From contig OZ037769.1 in assembly GCA_964035545.1 (NCBI GenBank), positions 17,656,078 to 17,720,077 on the forward strand: a stretch of DNA of 64,000 nucleotides. The letters run 5' to 3'. Origin of the DNA: Bugula neritina. Its lineage: Eukaryota > Animalia > Bryozoa. The position numbers were made by a program, and so were the translations under genes. Positions 1-14,204 of this stretch are shown piece by piece. The notes under the pieces are model-generated. The model searched no databases. It was not told where the DNA came from and saw nothing but the letters and a program-made list of their open reading frames with translations. Positions within the stretch are counted from its first letter, which is position 1. Each line of letters starts with the position of its first letter.

Positions 1-3000
1 ATATCACTCAGGTATAATCACATATATATTATTCATAGCTGTAATACTTTAGCAATGAATAGATCATGTTTAATTTCCACTCTACCTAGCAGTTTTTCAG
101 AATTATAGAGCTATGTATATCGTGAAATTGGAATAGCCTAATAGTTTTACATGTGTTTATAGCTAGTCAAGCTAACTTCAAAAGCTTACAATAATTAGAT
201 GATATTTGCATTCTTTTGAAGGTTATGGTGAAGCTACTGCAAAACTGGCCATTAGTTTAGCATAATATGCAATGCCACGCAAAAGCATGCCAAACAAGCA
301 ATGTTTATTTACCTTACCAGCGCAATTTTATCACCTTAAACACAAAAGCAAGTATAAAATACACATCCATATTAGATTAACTGTCAAGTTAAAAAAAGAC
401 AACATATATTCATGAGCTAGTTCTGTTTGCACAAGTACAATTTAGACCAGCTTATTATTTAGATTGCCACAAGAATATGACATAAAATATGTCTTTAATC
501 ATTATTTTGATATTCACTGGTTGAAGATATTTTTTATATCCTAATATGTAAATATTGTACATAAATCTTAAAAATTAACTAGGTGAATAAGGAAAACTGC
601 TAATTTTATGAAACTGTTATGTTAATAAAGACAATGGCTATCAACAAATCCCACCAGACCACAAACTAATTGTAAATACTAAAGCAATTATATAGTGCTA
701 TGTGTTGATCTAGCCTAGTCAATACACCACAAATATGTATTATGACATACCACATTTTAAGTACTGGGTTACCATTTATTCTAATGGGTATTTGTTTAAA
801 CTGTTATATACAGCTTTTTGCACTACCAATATACAAGCCAGTTGTTATTCTGTCACTTTTTATCTACATCTCTTTTTAATGCCAGTTACTTGTTAGCTTC
901 AGTACAAACAGCTAAACATTCTACTCTACAGCCAATCTTACTGTTAACTCTTGTTTAACAATATTACAAGAATCTAAAAATTTGAGTGTGTTTTAAGTAT
1001 AATATTCTATCATTATAACTTTTAAATGAAACAATAATATGATAAATGCATTATAACTTTCTGAAAAGTTTGTTTGCAAAGTATATGTTTTTGGAAAATA
1101 GTTTTACAACATTTGCTAGGAGCATTATATTTATTCCTATCTAAAATAATTTTGTTTGAACTGCTATGTTTGTAATCATGTAATCAGAAGTAAAGCATCA
1201 GTAAAATGAGTATAAGTAGAAGCTTGACAGCTACATTAGGCATTGCTACATAGTACATAAATGTATGGCCGTATTAAATACTTAGCTGCATTCACAGATA
1301 AATGCATGGCTTGGAATTACAATACCATGAATACATTATTTATTTAGCTGGGTAACTATACAATTATGCCAAAGTGAAAAGCCTTTGGTTATTAATGCCT
1401 GAAATGTCTAACAATCTACTTGGGAGACCACCTTGTTGTTACAGAGTGAATGAGTTATTTGTTTGGCATTTGGATGATGGCACAAAGAAAGGCTATTTGG
1501 TTTGTTACTTGAGACTAGTAGCAAACTGCTACAGTCATAGCATCTTAGAAGATTTTGCATCACTTGCATCACTGCGTACATTATTTTAATGTAGCTATTG
1601 AAATTAATATCTCACTGAAAACACAGTATTGCAAAATCTTAAGCTGTACATAATTATATTATGCATCAAAAAGTACTTCTGCTATTCGACTATCCCAGGT
1701 TTATTTTAAACTAGCACTGCCAAAGTGCCTTGACTCTATTACACTGTTTACTAGCTAATTTTGTTCTTCTCAATAGTGAAATAGATCTATTGCAAGAAAT
1801 TAATGACTAGATATAACAATAATGATTTTTAGGCAAGACTTTCGCATCTATATTGCTCATCTGCTAGCTTGAAATACCCCTCTCCTTGGACTAATCTCAG
1901 GCATTTCATTGTTGTTTAAACAGTTTTTAAACTCCTATTTCAATAAATCATTACCAACACTGCCTGCATGTATTAATATTCATTAGTGCAGTCAATGCAC
2001 TGTGGAGACAGCACCTGATGTTCTGTATATTACATTATAGTACAGAGATACTAAATCCAAAACATCTAAAATAATTGATGCTTCTACCAGATTTTTAGCA
2101 CACCTATAATATGTATTCCTGTAGTAAATATTAATAAGATGTTTTAACTGATAGTTTTTATGCCATTATAATAGTTAGATACTATAACTACAACTTGAAA
2201 CTCTTTAACCAGCACATTGGTTAGTAATATTGCTTCTTGATATTTAATTGCTGGTTCACAAACTATCAATAATAGGGATGCATATCAAAACTTGACTGCA
2301 TTCATAATATGATTTTAATGCTATGTAATGACTAAGCATGTCTGGCTGATATGAATGAGGTGACTATTTTGTACACTGTTTAACAACATCAGCTTTTTGG
2401 GTTCATTTAAAGCATCTGCAAATCTGTATTATACATAATTACTGTTAGGGCCCATTAATTAAATTGTTAACCCTGAAATGCTTTTTACACTGTAATACTA
2501 AGTAGCAAAAGACATGTATATATATATAAACTGATTGTAATTTATACATAACATTGTACATTTAAAAAAACTCACAAAATACATAATTTATTAGCTAAAT
2601 TTCAAGGCGTTTTGTAGGTAGTGGGTTAATGTCAATAAAGTAGAATCCGGGAAGTTGAGTAGCTTTATTCAAGAGGAAGGCTCTCCAACAGTTCTACCAA
2701 AGCCTAAATAACACGTATAAAATAAAGGTTATATGCACAATTTTTTTTCCAAAACAGCCTGCAACTGTTTTGCTATTGCATATGCCCTATGCCATTCATC
2801 AAGTGGAACAATTTTAACCAGGATATCTAGAAAAGTTGACACAAGGGCTTTATAAACTATGTAACAGTAAAACTGTGAGTAGAAATTAATTGACACTAAT
2901 GAATAATGCTTTAGGTGCTGGCAACAACCATAAAAGAAAAGTTATATAACAAACAAATAGAAAAAGCACTAAACAAATCAACAGCATTATATACAATTGG

Positions 3001-3099
3001 GGCACATACATGAAAACAGCAGCTAGTGTCATTTTCTTAAGACAGCACTATTTTAGGTGTAAATTTGAGAAGTATTAGAAAATGCAGAAATTTACTGCA

Positions 3100-3502
3100 A
3101 TTGGTTCATTTTATTTAAGTTAGTACATACTGAAGATCTCAAGTTTTTGCTAATGAACATGAGTTTTGGCCCGAAACTAAAAAAATATCAATAAATACAC
3201 CTAAATAATCAAGGCTCTTTTTAAGTTTCTTTGATTTCCTATGCTTTTTTTCTAATTACAGCAACTTCTGACTGGGGATCGCCACGGTTAGTTTGTAACA
3301 GTAGGCAATCCAAATGAAATGAATAAATAGGAAAAAACATGAGAAATCATGCAAAATTAAGAAGAACCTTGATTATTTAGGTGTATTTCTTGATGTCTCA
3401 CTAATTTTAAGCAAAAAGCATTGTTCATTAGCAGCTAAATTGTAAAAATGGCTAAAAACTGCAGATTTCCAGTGTGTACTAAATTAAATAAAAGGACTCA
3501 AT
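3100..3502. mobile_element. Fold-back / MITE-like element with long imperfect inverted arms
   Basis: AAATACACCTAAATAATCAAGG (~3193-3214) is the exact reverse complement of CCTTGATTATTTAGGTGTATTT (~3367-3388). TGCTAATGAACA pairs with TGTTCATTAGCA. The outer arm TTGGTTCATTTTATTTAAGTTAGTACATACTGAAGATCT pairs imperfectly with AGATTTCCAGTGTGTACTAAATTAAATAAAAGGACTCAA. No ORF. Confidence 0.7.
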
Positions 3503-5559
3503 CACCTTTGCAACATAATTCAATAATTGCATGGTCAAGCAGAATAAACTACAATTAACAGCAACAACAGTGTAATAGTTGCGTAGAAAAGTTGTACTGC
3601 AAAAAACTAAAAGAATGCAAAATCTATAAATGTGTGCTACCAAGTAAATGCTGAACAGACATCATGAAATAGTGTACGAAATACAAACTATTAAACTTAC
3701 CTGTTGATCTAATGCAGCCAAAACCTTAAGCTTAGAGTAGTGGAATGGTGCTGTTCGATGTTGATACGCTACAAGTAGCTAAGATGACTCAAATTCTTGC
3801 CTTTAGGAGTAAGAGGCCTCAGCTCAGTTTCAACAAAACTTCCAATAATCTCAACGGATGCGCTCAATTAGGAGCCACAACAAAGCACACCCATGTCATT
3901 TTAGTAAACTCTAAAAAATGAACGGAAATAAAACTGTTAGAGAGTAAACAGAGAAACATATAGTGATGGGGGAAAAACCTGTCAGAAAAGGTTATATACA
4001 CTCATAGTCATAACACGAAGAAAAAGATAATGAATAACAAGCTATTCAAGATGACACAAGAAACCAAACAAATTTCTTTGACTAAAAAATATAATTAAAT
4101 ACTATATTACTTGGCAAAAAATATTTGTTTTGAACAACGTATTATTGGGAAGAATTGCCAGTGTCTTAAATTTTGAGATTAAAGTTTCTGCCTTATAGCG
4201 GAAATAGAGAGGCAATCAATAGTGTACAAAACATGTTTTCAGTCATTGGCTGTTGACTAAATTGACAAAGGTAAAGAAAGCTTCCATATCATTATTTATT
4301 TTGTTCTCAAGTGTGTGGTTACAGTTTCATGAGTCAGAAATATAATTATTTGAGATATGAAATCAAATGTAGTCAAAAGAGTGTCATACAATTTAAAATG
4401 TAGTAATAGAGCTTTGACAATAATTTCTTCTGCTAAGTAAAACAGGTACCATTATGTGCTACTTATCTTTTAGAGATGAACATCAAGGATGTTGAAAACA
4501 AAATAGTTGTAAATTACAGCAAATACCTTTCTACTTACCTAACCAGAGAAAATAAGTTTTCAACCTTGCATGCACTCAGCTGGTTTTCAATTGTTTGGAT
4601 CAGTGACATCTTTATAACTGATAGCAGCATTATGTGATAGCTTTAGGAATTGTTACCTTAAATCTAAATTATATAGAACAAGAAGTGCAAAAATATGGCA
4701 TTAGTACTCATTGCACAATACACACTTGCTAGAGTAGCTAATCTAGCATCACATTAATTTAAGAAAGACAAAATTTTTTTTACTGTTCACAAATGATGAA
4801 TATTAAAATTTGAATAATTAGACAAATTAACAATGATATTGATGTTAGTTCAAACATTACTAATGGTAAACACCAAAATACTAATAGGAATAGTCATGTT
4901 AACATTAATTAGAAAAGTAAAGATAATTTGAAAATGAGACAGTTTATAGGTCTAACTCTTACAGTTGACAAGCAATTACAGGGCAGTCATATTGATGTAG
5001 GCTACCCTCAAAATGTAGCACTTTAAAAATATTAAAAAGACAGCACATATAAGAACATAATCTTAAAAATAGGCATATGTGACGCCTATATTTTGATTAA
5101 CAAAGAAATCTTCTTTACTTTATTAATCTAGCTCATATAATGGTATTCTGTCTTAGTATGTTATTTTAATACTTGAAATCTAATCAGCTACAGAAAAGTA
5201 CTTCAATTCAAAGGCCTTCATAATTATTCTTTAGTTTGCTATTTAAATAGACAGTAAGGTTGATGAATAAAATAAAAGTTAGTAAAGTAAAAACTAAATA
5301 AATTGAGAATAATATCTCCACTCTAAGGTTATAATCCTTATAAATTAACATTTTAATACTCCTGTTATCCTTAGGTATAGTTGTTAGCAATTTAACTATG
5401 AGCTCGAAGCCAAATGTCAGTATCAGCATCCCCATTACATTGACTAAGACTGACTTTATAACCCTCAAGCTGTGGCACTCAATTTCTATAAGTAGTAACT
5501 AATAACAAATATAAAATTATTTATTTGCTACTGATAGTGATAATAATTAAAAATAATAA

Positions 5560-8522
5560 TATGATCCATTAAAATAGAACTAATAAAGCCAACGACGTTA
5601 ATGGTATGTCTAACTAAACATGGCATGTCTCGTCTGGCGGTGGGTATGTGGAGGACCAGGCAACCTACGGCCGTCAACCCGTTACTGGCACAACTAGAAG
5701 AAGATACTCAAGAGAAGACAACAAAGTTGTCATGGAATGCTACTTCAAAAGTACACCCAAATTGAGAGGTTATAGAAAAACAATGTATGAGCTCTGTAGA
5801 CCCGGATCAAAGAATTATTTAAAAAGAATGTGCAAACGCTGGAAAACAGAGGAGAGTTTAACATCAGCGAATAGAGACTAGCGGATTAAGCAAGAACTAT
5901 GAAGAAACACAAGCATTTTATGGAAGAAGAACTCCATAAGATTGAAGAAGGAACCTTGCAAGAACTAGGCACATCAATTGGTGAAGAAGATAATGAAGAG
6001 CTAAATTTGCAAATAGAGGATGTTATAGTACAACATGAGATAGCATATAAATCAGCCATGAGAATTTTAAGAGTACCTAGTTCAGAGGTAGAAAAAGTGT
6101 TAGTAGAAAAATTATAAATGAGCATAACAAACTATCTAATGATCGACCAACACTAAGAGCCCTTAGGCACATTGAGAGGGTCAAATTACTACAGGCAGTA
6201 AAACAGATTAATGATGTGCTAAACTGTGTTGAGATTATTAATACCATTGAGCTTAATAACACCACCATGGCTTGTGCGAAAAATGGTAACAGAACAAGTG
6301 TGTAACAAAAAGGAAAAAGAAAAACTGACAATGTACAAGTATGGAAAATACGACTGCAGAAGAAATAAAAAGAAATTAGATCAGACTTAAGTAAAATAGC
6401 AGAGTGAAAAAGTAGAGCTTACAATGATTCATTGAGAAGAATGGTTGAAGAAAAATATAGGATAAAGAACAAAGAGTGTGGTGTAGTGATTGAAAAACTG
6501 AAGCAAAACCTGAGAGCTGTAAGCCAGAAGATAAACAGATATACAGAATGAGTTGATCAATATAATCAGAACACAATGTTTACAATGATAAGCGCTTTTA
6601 TCAAGAATTACGAGGAAATGAATGTACATCTAAAGAGGCACCTGACAAGGAAATCAAAAGCATTCTGATAAAATATATGGGGTCAGCCAACTAAAAATAA
6701 TACCAATGCAGAATGACTAAATAAAGTTAGCAACAAATTGGAGCATATGTAAAGACAAGGAAATTAGATCTTAGAAACGATGCAAACAACTGGAATAGCA
6801 ATTAATGTCATAAGGTTGATAAGAAAAAGCATGAAACCTGGAAAACACAACTGAAATACCTGGAAGAAAAGATAGGAAAAATAAAGATCAAACTAAGAAT
6901 TTTCCAAGGAGACTCTTTATCTCTATCCCTTTTCTCCAACTACCGATTCGCATGACAGAAGCGGCTCAATGATGCAAATTTCGACGAGACAGAAAACAAA
7001 CCATCTCCTATATGTGGATGACCTGAAGGTAAATAGGAAATCAAAGTCAGAACTGGAAGCTTTGGTAAACACTGCCGGGATCTTCACAAGGAATATAGAA
7101 ATGAAATTTGGATTAAAAAATGTGCCACACTGGTTATGAGAAAGGGAAAGAAAATCAAGGACACAGGAATCAGTTTGCCTGATGAACAGGTAATCAAAGA
7201 TCTGGGTGAGAAGCCGTATAAATATCTAGGAGTTCTTGAGATTGATAGAATACAAATATATGAAATGAAAAATAAGATCAAGGAGTACTACAAACAAATA
7301 AGAAAAGTTCTGGATTCAAAACTGAATGGTGAGAACACAATCAAAGCAATAAACACATGGGCAGTAACAGCAGTGCATTACACAGCTAGAATACTTGACT
7401 GAACTGTTTCATGAGCTAAAAAATATGGACTGAAAGACAAGGAAGCTAATGACAACAAACCGTGCACCCTATCCGAGAGCAGATGTAGGCAGGCTGTATT
7501 TTAGCAGAAGGGAAGGCGGTAGAAGAATGTTGTCAACTGAAAAATGCATAAAGATTGAAAACTGCAGCATGTCAGACTACATAAATAAAACATAGACTGA
7601 TAAAAACACCACACTGAATACCTTCCTAAAAGACAAAACGGCGGTAGAACTAAATAATGATAAAGTGATAGAAAGAACTGATGAGTGTAAAGAAAAGCTT
7701 CATGTGGTCAATACATCATCAAAATGGTGGAAGACATGAAAGCATTTTCCTGGAACTGGTTGAAGTATGGTTGGCTGAAAAAGGAAACAGAAGGACTGCT
7801 GACAGCTGCGCAAGATCAACTATTCACTACTAGAAATTATAAAGTGGCTATGGTGAGAGAACAGGGTAGCAAGAAGTGTGGAATGTGTAACGCAAGAGAC
7901 AAAACTTCGATGCACGTATTGAGTGAGTTTGAGAAGGTAGCAGAAGGAGAATATATGAAAAAACACAACCTTTTGGCATTGATAATTTCAATAGTAGTTG
8001 TGTGAACTTCGTGGGTTTCAGAAAAGTAAGAATTGGTACGGCCATCAAGCAGAATCAGTACTGGAAAAGGATAATGTAAAAACCTTGTAAGATTTTAACA
8101 TACACACTGACGTAGTCATCAAAGTTAGGAGACCCGATATATTAGTAGTTGACAAGCATAATGCTGAAACAACGATAATTGATATCACAGTCCCTGTTAA
8201 CTACAGAGTAAAAGAAAAAGATTCGAAAAGTTAGGAAAATATCAGAATTTAGCACTAGAATAAACCCGCCTTTGAAAAACATCAAAAAAGTCATCCCGTT
8301 GTAACTGGAGCCTTTGGAGTTTTATACAAGATTGTAGACTGGCTGACACTACTTGGAGTAGCTGAAAACAAATGCTCATTAATTCAGCAGACACCCTTAC
8401 TAGGATCAGGATAAGCTCACATCCTGAGGAAAGTTCTATCCATTTCAGCCTAGTATAACTAGGCCAATGGTAAAAGGTTACACCAGCTAAAAAACTACGG
8501 TCAATCAACAATAATAATAATA
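5560..8522 (+). mobile_element. Degenerate non-LTR retrotransposon with RT and C-terminal restriction-like endonuclease (R2 group, R4/Dong-like)
   Basis: Motifs occur in the expected order across stops and frameshifts: N-terminal RRRYSREDNKVVMECYF; RT FQGDSLS (6902), HLLYVDDLK (YVDD 7011-7022), MKFGLKKC, YKYLGV, KLNGENTIKAINTWAV; LKKETEGLLTAAQDQ; CGMC..H zinc-knuckle remnant; RLE RPDILVVDK..IIDITVP (8130-8195), KYQNL, PVVTGAFG, ILRKVL; 3' (AAT)n tail at ~8507-8522. Confidence 0.92.
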
Positions 8523-11500
8523 TACAACTATATTAGTACAGTTGGTTCTATTATTAGATTAGCATATCGATTATGACTTTTCGATTGCCACCCTGATACT
8601 ATGAGTAAAATGTACAAGCATACGTGAAAGTATAGATATGATCATAAGTATAAAAATAGGTATAAGTATAAATATAAATATAGGTACAAGTATAAAACGA
8701 ATGATTATATTATTAATAATATTAGTTAGTGATACCTATAACCGTAATGGTTTTTAGACTTACAGTTATCATTAACATTAGCTGAGTAATATGATTAGTT
8801 AAAATAATGGTATTCATTATTATATCATAGTTATAAGTTATAACTCTAGTCTCTAAAGAGCAACAGCAAGTGTAATTGGGATATTCATATTAAATTTCAT
8901 ATTCACATAATGCAATGTTTATGTTATGAACTAATTTATTCCTTCAACATTTAACTACAAATATGATTAACACTAACTTTGACCAGCAGTATTACTAAAA
9001 GAAGCGTATTACACATATAAGATAATAAAATTCTAGTAGTGGGACTAATAGTATTACTAGGTCCGGTATTATTCTTGTTATCTTATTCATCATTCATGAG
9101 TTATCAAATTTAAAATTACTACTTATTAGCATCAGCATATAAAAAGTAAGATCATTAGGAATAATTATCATGAGGTATGATCTATGATTTGCATTATCCA
9201 TATATAGTTTAATACCAATATGATATATTATTATTGCTGATAGTCTATGTTATAGTTAAATTTATACTTATCTTTACAGTTACCTATAGTAGCACTTATT
9301 AGTTATTTGTGGTAGCCAAACTAATGTTTAATATTAATAAATTAAACTGAGTATCATAAAAGTGTTACTAAGAATTTTAATTATAATCGTAATGGTGATC
9401 ATATTACTTTATTATAATTATTATATTTTATCACTAATGCTAAACTGAGTTAATGTATATACTTTGAGTTTTACTATTACTCATTATATTTACACTTATA
9501 GTAAAACTAAATATGTAAAAGTTATACTTATACTATTATTATTCGTATTTCATTAGACTTACATCTAAGATCGCAGTCCTATTACTACTACCACTGATAC
9601 TAGTACTACAACTAGTACTAGTACTGCTACTAGTACTACTACTACTACTACTAATAGTACTGTTACTACTACTACTACTAGTACTACTACTAGGTCTACT
9701 ACTGTACTAGTACAACTACAAACTTTGAAAATAACTGCAAGAAAGGTATGACTTACTCTTTTTCTTAGTCTTACTGTGACTCTCAGTCGTAATGTAAAAT
9801 AAAATTGTGAACTGTAAAGTTAAACCCAAGGCTGAAATTTATTTAATTAAATTTAGACAATCTGAATCATTGGCTCAATCCTTGAGTTTGACTATTACTA
9901 TTATTAATATTATTAGTGTTACGATTGTGATTATCATTGGCATTATGATTAATATTATGCCATTATCATTATGATTGTAATTGTGGTAATTCTAACATTA
10001 ATTATAATCATAAATTAAAAGGTAATGATTAATGATAATTATTTTCATTTTGTATTCATAATGATAATCATAATGATGTAAATTTTGATGTAAAACCAAA
10101 ATACTAAAACTAAAAGTAAAAGTTATAAAATTAAATGATGAAATATTATAATGATAATTATAATTATTATATTTATTATATTATTATTGAATATATTATT
10201 TCATTAGAAAATAGGTTGCAGCTTAGCATGATTAAAATTCAGTAAAAATTAGTTTACCAACAGCAAACATGCATGCGTCTTGTCAACATTCAATTCGTAG
10301 TGCCATAGCGAAGCCAGATTACTGGTAGTACGACTACTAGAACTACTACTACTACTAGTGATGGATTACAGATTCTTGGCGATTTTAGCTGTGAGTGACC
10401 TTCACCTCACATTCTCGTCATGCGCGCGGCATTAGACTAAGTAGAGGGTATAAAGCACTGAGCTGGAAAAGAAATAATATATTTTAATTATAGGTAATAC
10501 TAATAGTAATATAATTTATGGTAATATATAGGTAATATTATTGAGTTCATTGGTATGGAGTATAGACCTATCACTGATAGTATCAGTATCAACTACCACT
10601 TACGTACTACTTCAACTTATAACTTACCTTCAACTCAAACTGCTTGGAATCATTTGTCTTTGATAATATTCATATTGGCATTGTCATTGTGATTGAAATA
10701 ACTATTAATATTTTTAGTTCAACATCAATGCCGAACATATTGTAATAATAAGGTTGATATACTTTGCTAATACTAATACTAATAGTAATATTAATAGTTA
10801 TAGTAATTCAGTATCACTCTCACTCTGGTGGAGTGAGACTCAGACTTAGAGTTAGAGACAGGGTGAGTCCGAGTAAGTCTGAGTGTTGGTAATAGTAATA
10901 CTAATAGTCATATAAATTTAAATTATATTTACTTATTTCTAGCAATCACAAAGTGACAATGGCAATAGTTATAGTAACTTTCACTTACTCTTAAATCATT
11001 GAACCTGAACTAAAAGTAAAATTAAGCATTATGATTATGATTATCATTATGATTATACCTATGATTTTATTATGTTTAAATTAAAAATTAATATCATGAT
11101 AATATCATAGTGATGAACATAATGATAAATGATAATATAAAAGTAAATCGATAAAATATACATTGATTTTGAATCATGGTGATACTTATACTCGTACCGG
11201 TACTGATAGTGATAGTAATACTAATAGTAATAGTAATAGTCATATAAATTTAAATAATATTTACTCATTACTGGCAATCACAACGGCAATAGTAACTTAA
11301 ACTTAAACTGTAACAGTAATGGTATGGGTATGTTTGAAATTGTCACCATCAGTATTGCTATGAGTCAAAATATAATGCTATCATACCAATAATTTAAAAT
11401 AGTATTACAAAGCTTCATTTGTAACTTTTACTTGTACCAATTTGGAATTTTGAGTTATACATATTCTTAGTTAAAGTTTTCAAGTTTGTTGTCAAAATGA

Positions 11501-13330
11501 ACTTGAAATTAAACACTCAGTGGTAAAAATTAAACTAAGACTGACTGTAAGTGACTAAAATTAAAAATAAGTAATTTTAAATATCGATTGAGTATTTTTC
11601 TTACTCTTTGTCTTAAAATTGATTTTTTTTTTCTATTTCCATTACTATTGCTATTAGTATAGTTGACTTAAATTTAATAATAGATATAATTATATCTTTA
11701 TAAATGTGATCTTTGATTTTATGAATAGTAATTCGAAAACTCTTTGTTATTATTTATTTTTGATCATTGTAGTTATTATCATTATATTTGTATAATAATT
11801 ATGATTATCAACTTCAATATCGATATTTGTATCATGATATGGATATCTGCCTCCATCCCATGTTCCATCCCATGTTCTATTTTGCAGTGCCTTTTTACAT
11901 TCCTGTCTAGGTTCACATTGCGGTGGTCATACTGATAGCACTTGGGGATAGTGAGGAGCATAATGATTATCACTAATATTAAGATTATCGTTATTAGGAT
12001 TTAGAATAATTTAATAAACAAGCAACTTAAAGCAAATGTTTTTACTAATACAAATATTAATTAATAATATAAATATAATACTATGAATATTATAATTATT
12101 ATACTTTACAATTCAAAGTAAGATAATCATAATACGAACTGGTAAAACTAAATATAAAGTAAACGTAATAATACTAATAGTAGTTATTCATTCTTCTTTG
12201 GTTTCACATACTAATAATTGAAAACCTCTGTCCTAATATTATTTCTATTATTATTGCTCAAAGTTTGATCCCCACTTAATTTTATAGTTCATTCACCAGC
12301 TACATAATTTTATTAAAATACATGTGGTATTAGTTATAGTAATAGTGAAACTTGAAGTTGAATAGCACGCTTATTACTCACTGCTTTTTGCTTACATTAT
12401 TAGGGTTACTCTTTAGTCTTAGAGATACCCTAACATAAACTTGAAAGCTGGAGGTAGTACTAGTCTGGTGCTGTGTTAATCCTACACTGTTGACTTATCA
12501 ACACTGTGACTATAATTATGACTCCTAAGTCAAAGTCATTTTCATATAGTAGTAATCACTATGACAGACTGAAAGTCAGGATGATTAAATATAATGATAA
12601 AGTGTGTAAGAATAAATCATAATTCTTCAATTATAAAGATAAATGGATAAAAATTGCAATCATAGTTTAATGTGCCTATTTTAAGCTGTCAATTTAATTA
12701 CTATAATATAAGTGCCCAAAGTACAACTTTTGATTTTCATAATTATGTTTTAATTTAATACAGATACCATAGTATCATATAAGGTAGAATCAGTTGTATC
12801 TTATTTAATAATAAAGTAACTTTTTGCAGCTTTCACAGTTATTAATTATTCACTTGTTAGTCTTTGAACTAGGACAATGTTAGAAACTTGAAGTAGAATG
12901 AAGTTTGATTTCAGTTACCGCAATGGTATCTGCAGTCACGATAGGGATATGCATATAACTATGTTTATATTTGTGAAAAATATATAGTCAAAACTAGATA
13001 AGGTAATAGTAATTATAGTTAGTTTCACTTTTAATATATTCCTATAAACTGGAAAATAGACAGAAGCATTTAATCATGAAAGTAAACCTAATGGAAGTAA
13101 ATCAATTCACTAAGTATAGTAAAATATTTACTATTCAGTGAGTTTATTTACTTTAGTTAATTGTACTTGATTATTTCTGTTGGTTTTTCAGTTGGTTTTT
13201 CTGCCTTTTGCTATAGCATATCAAACTACCACAAAGTCATGCTTCACTATTACAATGTTAAACATAGTGTTACTGTGTAATGTTATCGTAATGTGATAGT
13301 AATATTTGGATCATTGTAAGTGTTTCTGTT
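8523..13330. repeat. Cryptic low-complexity AT-rich DNA with 3/6-bp periodicity, including (TAC/TAG)n tracts at ~9580-9720 and ~10330-10360
   Basis: Continuous degenerate TAA/TAG/TAC/ATG and hexamer-like runs. A ~100-bp internal duplication pairs ~10890-10980 with ~11225-11300. Confidence 0.75.
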
Positions 13331-14204
13331 GTTGTACTGATTGAAAAATATTTTTTAGCTTGCATGGATATTTAATACCATCAAGGTGTCATTTGAACTG
13401 GGACTGGAATAAAGATGGCAAATCGAGAAGCTAGCTACAATTCTTCTGCAGAAAGAAACTTGGTAAGCAAAAATAAGCTGCAGCATAAAGCAGTAAGCGA
13501 AATGGCGATGAATTTTGCTTGATTTTGATTGACCTTAAAATGTCTGGTCACCTTTTACCGCCGTGGTCCTGCGCGGTTGGCGGGTGACCTTAAAATGTCT
13601 GATGCACGTAAAATAAATTTCGTGACAGTCAAAAGTATGCTGATCTTTTTTGTATTTCAATGCATCGGTGTCTTAGCTTAAGAGCTGAACCCAACAATTT
13701 TGATTTAAAGCTGTTTTTTACGAGAAAGTGATTTTACTGTCTTTCTGATTATTCTTGGTTTTTCAGCTTGATGAATTGAATAAATGGAATTGATTTCGGG
13801 TATTATGTAATGGATGAAAGAAATTTTTCTTAAATTTGTACTGAGCAATTTTTGCTATGGCTATGATGTTTAGTGATAAAATTGCACCCTTAATAACCCT
13901 GAAAACTTTCATTACTAGCATTTGTTTATGTTCATTTTTAGGAAATTAAAACGAAGACACAACTCACCGATGCTATCTCACTGTGCCTGCATGCAGCTTA
14001 TCTAAAAAGGTACTCCTATTAGCTGGCTCTTGCCCAATACCTGGTTGTCTCTGTAACTATTTTTTGCTCGCAGATGAGTTTTTTGAACTTGACATTTTAT
14101 TGATTTTGAAAGTTATAGTGAGCTTTGAACTTGCTAGCATCGTTTTTAAAGACTTGCTGCAGTTTTTATCAACATTTTTTAAGTCAATGGTGTTAGTTTG
14201 GAAG

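Noticed and set aside
5560-8522. Telomere-specific retrotransposon (TRAS/SART/HeT-A type)
   Set aside because: It is RLE-type rather than APE-type, lies 46 kb from the telomere, is flanked by TAA rather than telomeric repeats, and is heavily decayed.
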